DNA of 64,000 nt from a virus: positions 1 through 64,000 of IMG/VR virus record IMGVR_UViG_3300037470_000856; one strand, 5' to 3'. The translations under genes were made by a program, and so were the position numbers. The notes under the pieces are model-generated. The model was given only the letters and a program-made list of their open reading frames with translations, was not told the DNA's origin and made no database searches. Below, piece by piece: positions 63,177-64,000 of this stretch; position 1 is the stretch's first letter; each line of letters begins with the position of its first letter.

Positions 63177-64000
63177 CTAGTCGGCCTTCTGTGCCCTCTG
63201 TGCCCTCTCAAGCAGGCTCGCGAGCCCCTTCTTGATCTCCTCGCGGGTAAACGCGGTCTCCACGGCGAGGATGCCCTTCACGAACAGCGGGTTCTTGACG
63301 TGCTTGAGGGCCTCGGCGACGCGCTCCTTCATCGGACGGTCCTTGTTCCACTCGAAGTCGGGGACGAACATCCTGACCGCCGCGTAGGCCGGGTCCTCCT
63401 CGGGACGCCGGTGAACCTCGGGAGCAGGCGTGGCCGCGTCGGGCAGCAGCTCCTCGAGCGTGTCTCCCGTGCGGGCCTCCTGCACGTCGCCCGTCGCCAC
63501 GACCTTCGCCTTCCCAGGGCCCTCGGAGGCGTCCCCCTGGTCGGACTCGACCTCGTACCTCTCCACCTTGGGCCTGCGCCCCTTCGCCGTGCGCTGGATC
63601 GCGTCGGGAGATGTGTTGCGTGCGTCGGCGGTGAAGGTCTGGTGGGTGGGGGACAGAATGCGGCCGACGGCGACTCCCTGGTCCGTCTCGGGCGCGCGGG
63701 CCATCTGCTTGCGAGGGCCCACCTGCGCCGTGTCTGCCATCCGGATCATCTCGTTGCCGCTGCTCGTCACGGCCGCGGACTCATTGAGTTTGATGGCCGG
63801 CGTGTTGCTCGAGAGGGCGATGGCGCCCATGTCGCGCTGCTCGTCGTGGATGATGGCCCCCACGCCTCCGAACCTCGGTCGCGGAGCGGGGCTCTTGTTC
63901 TCGGGCTTGGCCTGCGCGACGTCGAGGGCGAACTCTCGCTCGCGCTCGACCACCGCCTTGTTCTGGTCGGAGACCCTGCCGACCACGTCGCCCGCATTCT
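63177..64000 (-). CDS. Hypothetical protein (5' end outside the window)
   Basis: The reading frame stays open upstream of 63986 to the window edge. Confidence 0.65.
   Translation of the reverse strand, partial: NAGDVVGRVSDQNKAVVEREREFALDVAQAKPENKSPAPRPRFGGVGAIIHDEQRDMGAIALSSNTPAIKLNESAAVTSSGNEMIRMADTAQVGPRKQMARAPETDQGVAVGRILSPTHQTFTADARNTSPDAIQRTAKGRRPKVERYEVESDQGDASEGPGKAKVVATGDVQEARTGDTLEELLPDAATPAPEVHRRPEEDPAYAAVRMFVPDFEWNKDRPMKERVAEALKHVKNPLFVKGILAVETAFTREEIKKGLASLLERAQRAQKAD

Noticed and set aside
1-64000. tRNA/rRNA genes, introns, inteins, diversity-generating retroelement
   Set aside because: None recognised by eye: no cloverleaf, no reverse transcriptase, no intein termini and no adenine-specific repeat pair. 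A covariance-model scan was not run.

Overview
The window is a single, almost gapless minus-strand run of virion-morphogenesis (late) genes from a large, high-GC contractile-tailed (myovirus-type, probably jumbo) bacteriophage or prophage. In transcription order (right to left): putative internal head proteins, three paralogous decoration-like proteins, neck/head-tail proteins, a probable spanin-like lysis pair, an actin-like ATPase with a Pro-rich partner, a PAPS-reductase-family gene, a TnsA-like/NUMOD3 homing endonuclease, a tail-completion protein, a 2480-aa tail sheath, an inserted zinc-finger/nuclease/methyltransferase fusion plus AdoMet decarboxylase, tail tube, chaperones, tape measure, baseplate proteins (hub with an M15 peptidase insert, spike) and a 3642-aa structural protein. 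The most striking observations: (i) seven homologous domains appear nested one inside another in the sheath (A1-A7 then B7-B1), and an intact copy of the same domain sits in a decoration protein; (ii) a 21-22 nt hairpin motif recurs in three 5' leaders (sheath, chaperone, a small protein); (iii) both nuclease genes have hairpins that bury their ribosome-binding sites and sit beside AT-rich recoded ends of conserved genes; (iv) the AdoMetDC self-cleavage motif is triplicated. All functional calls come from motif recognition and gene order by eye; no database searches were run. The long + strand ORFs are antisense shadows.
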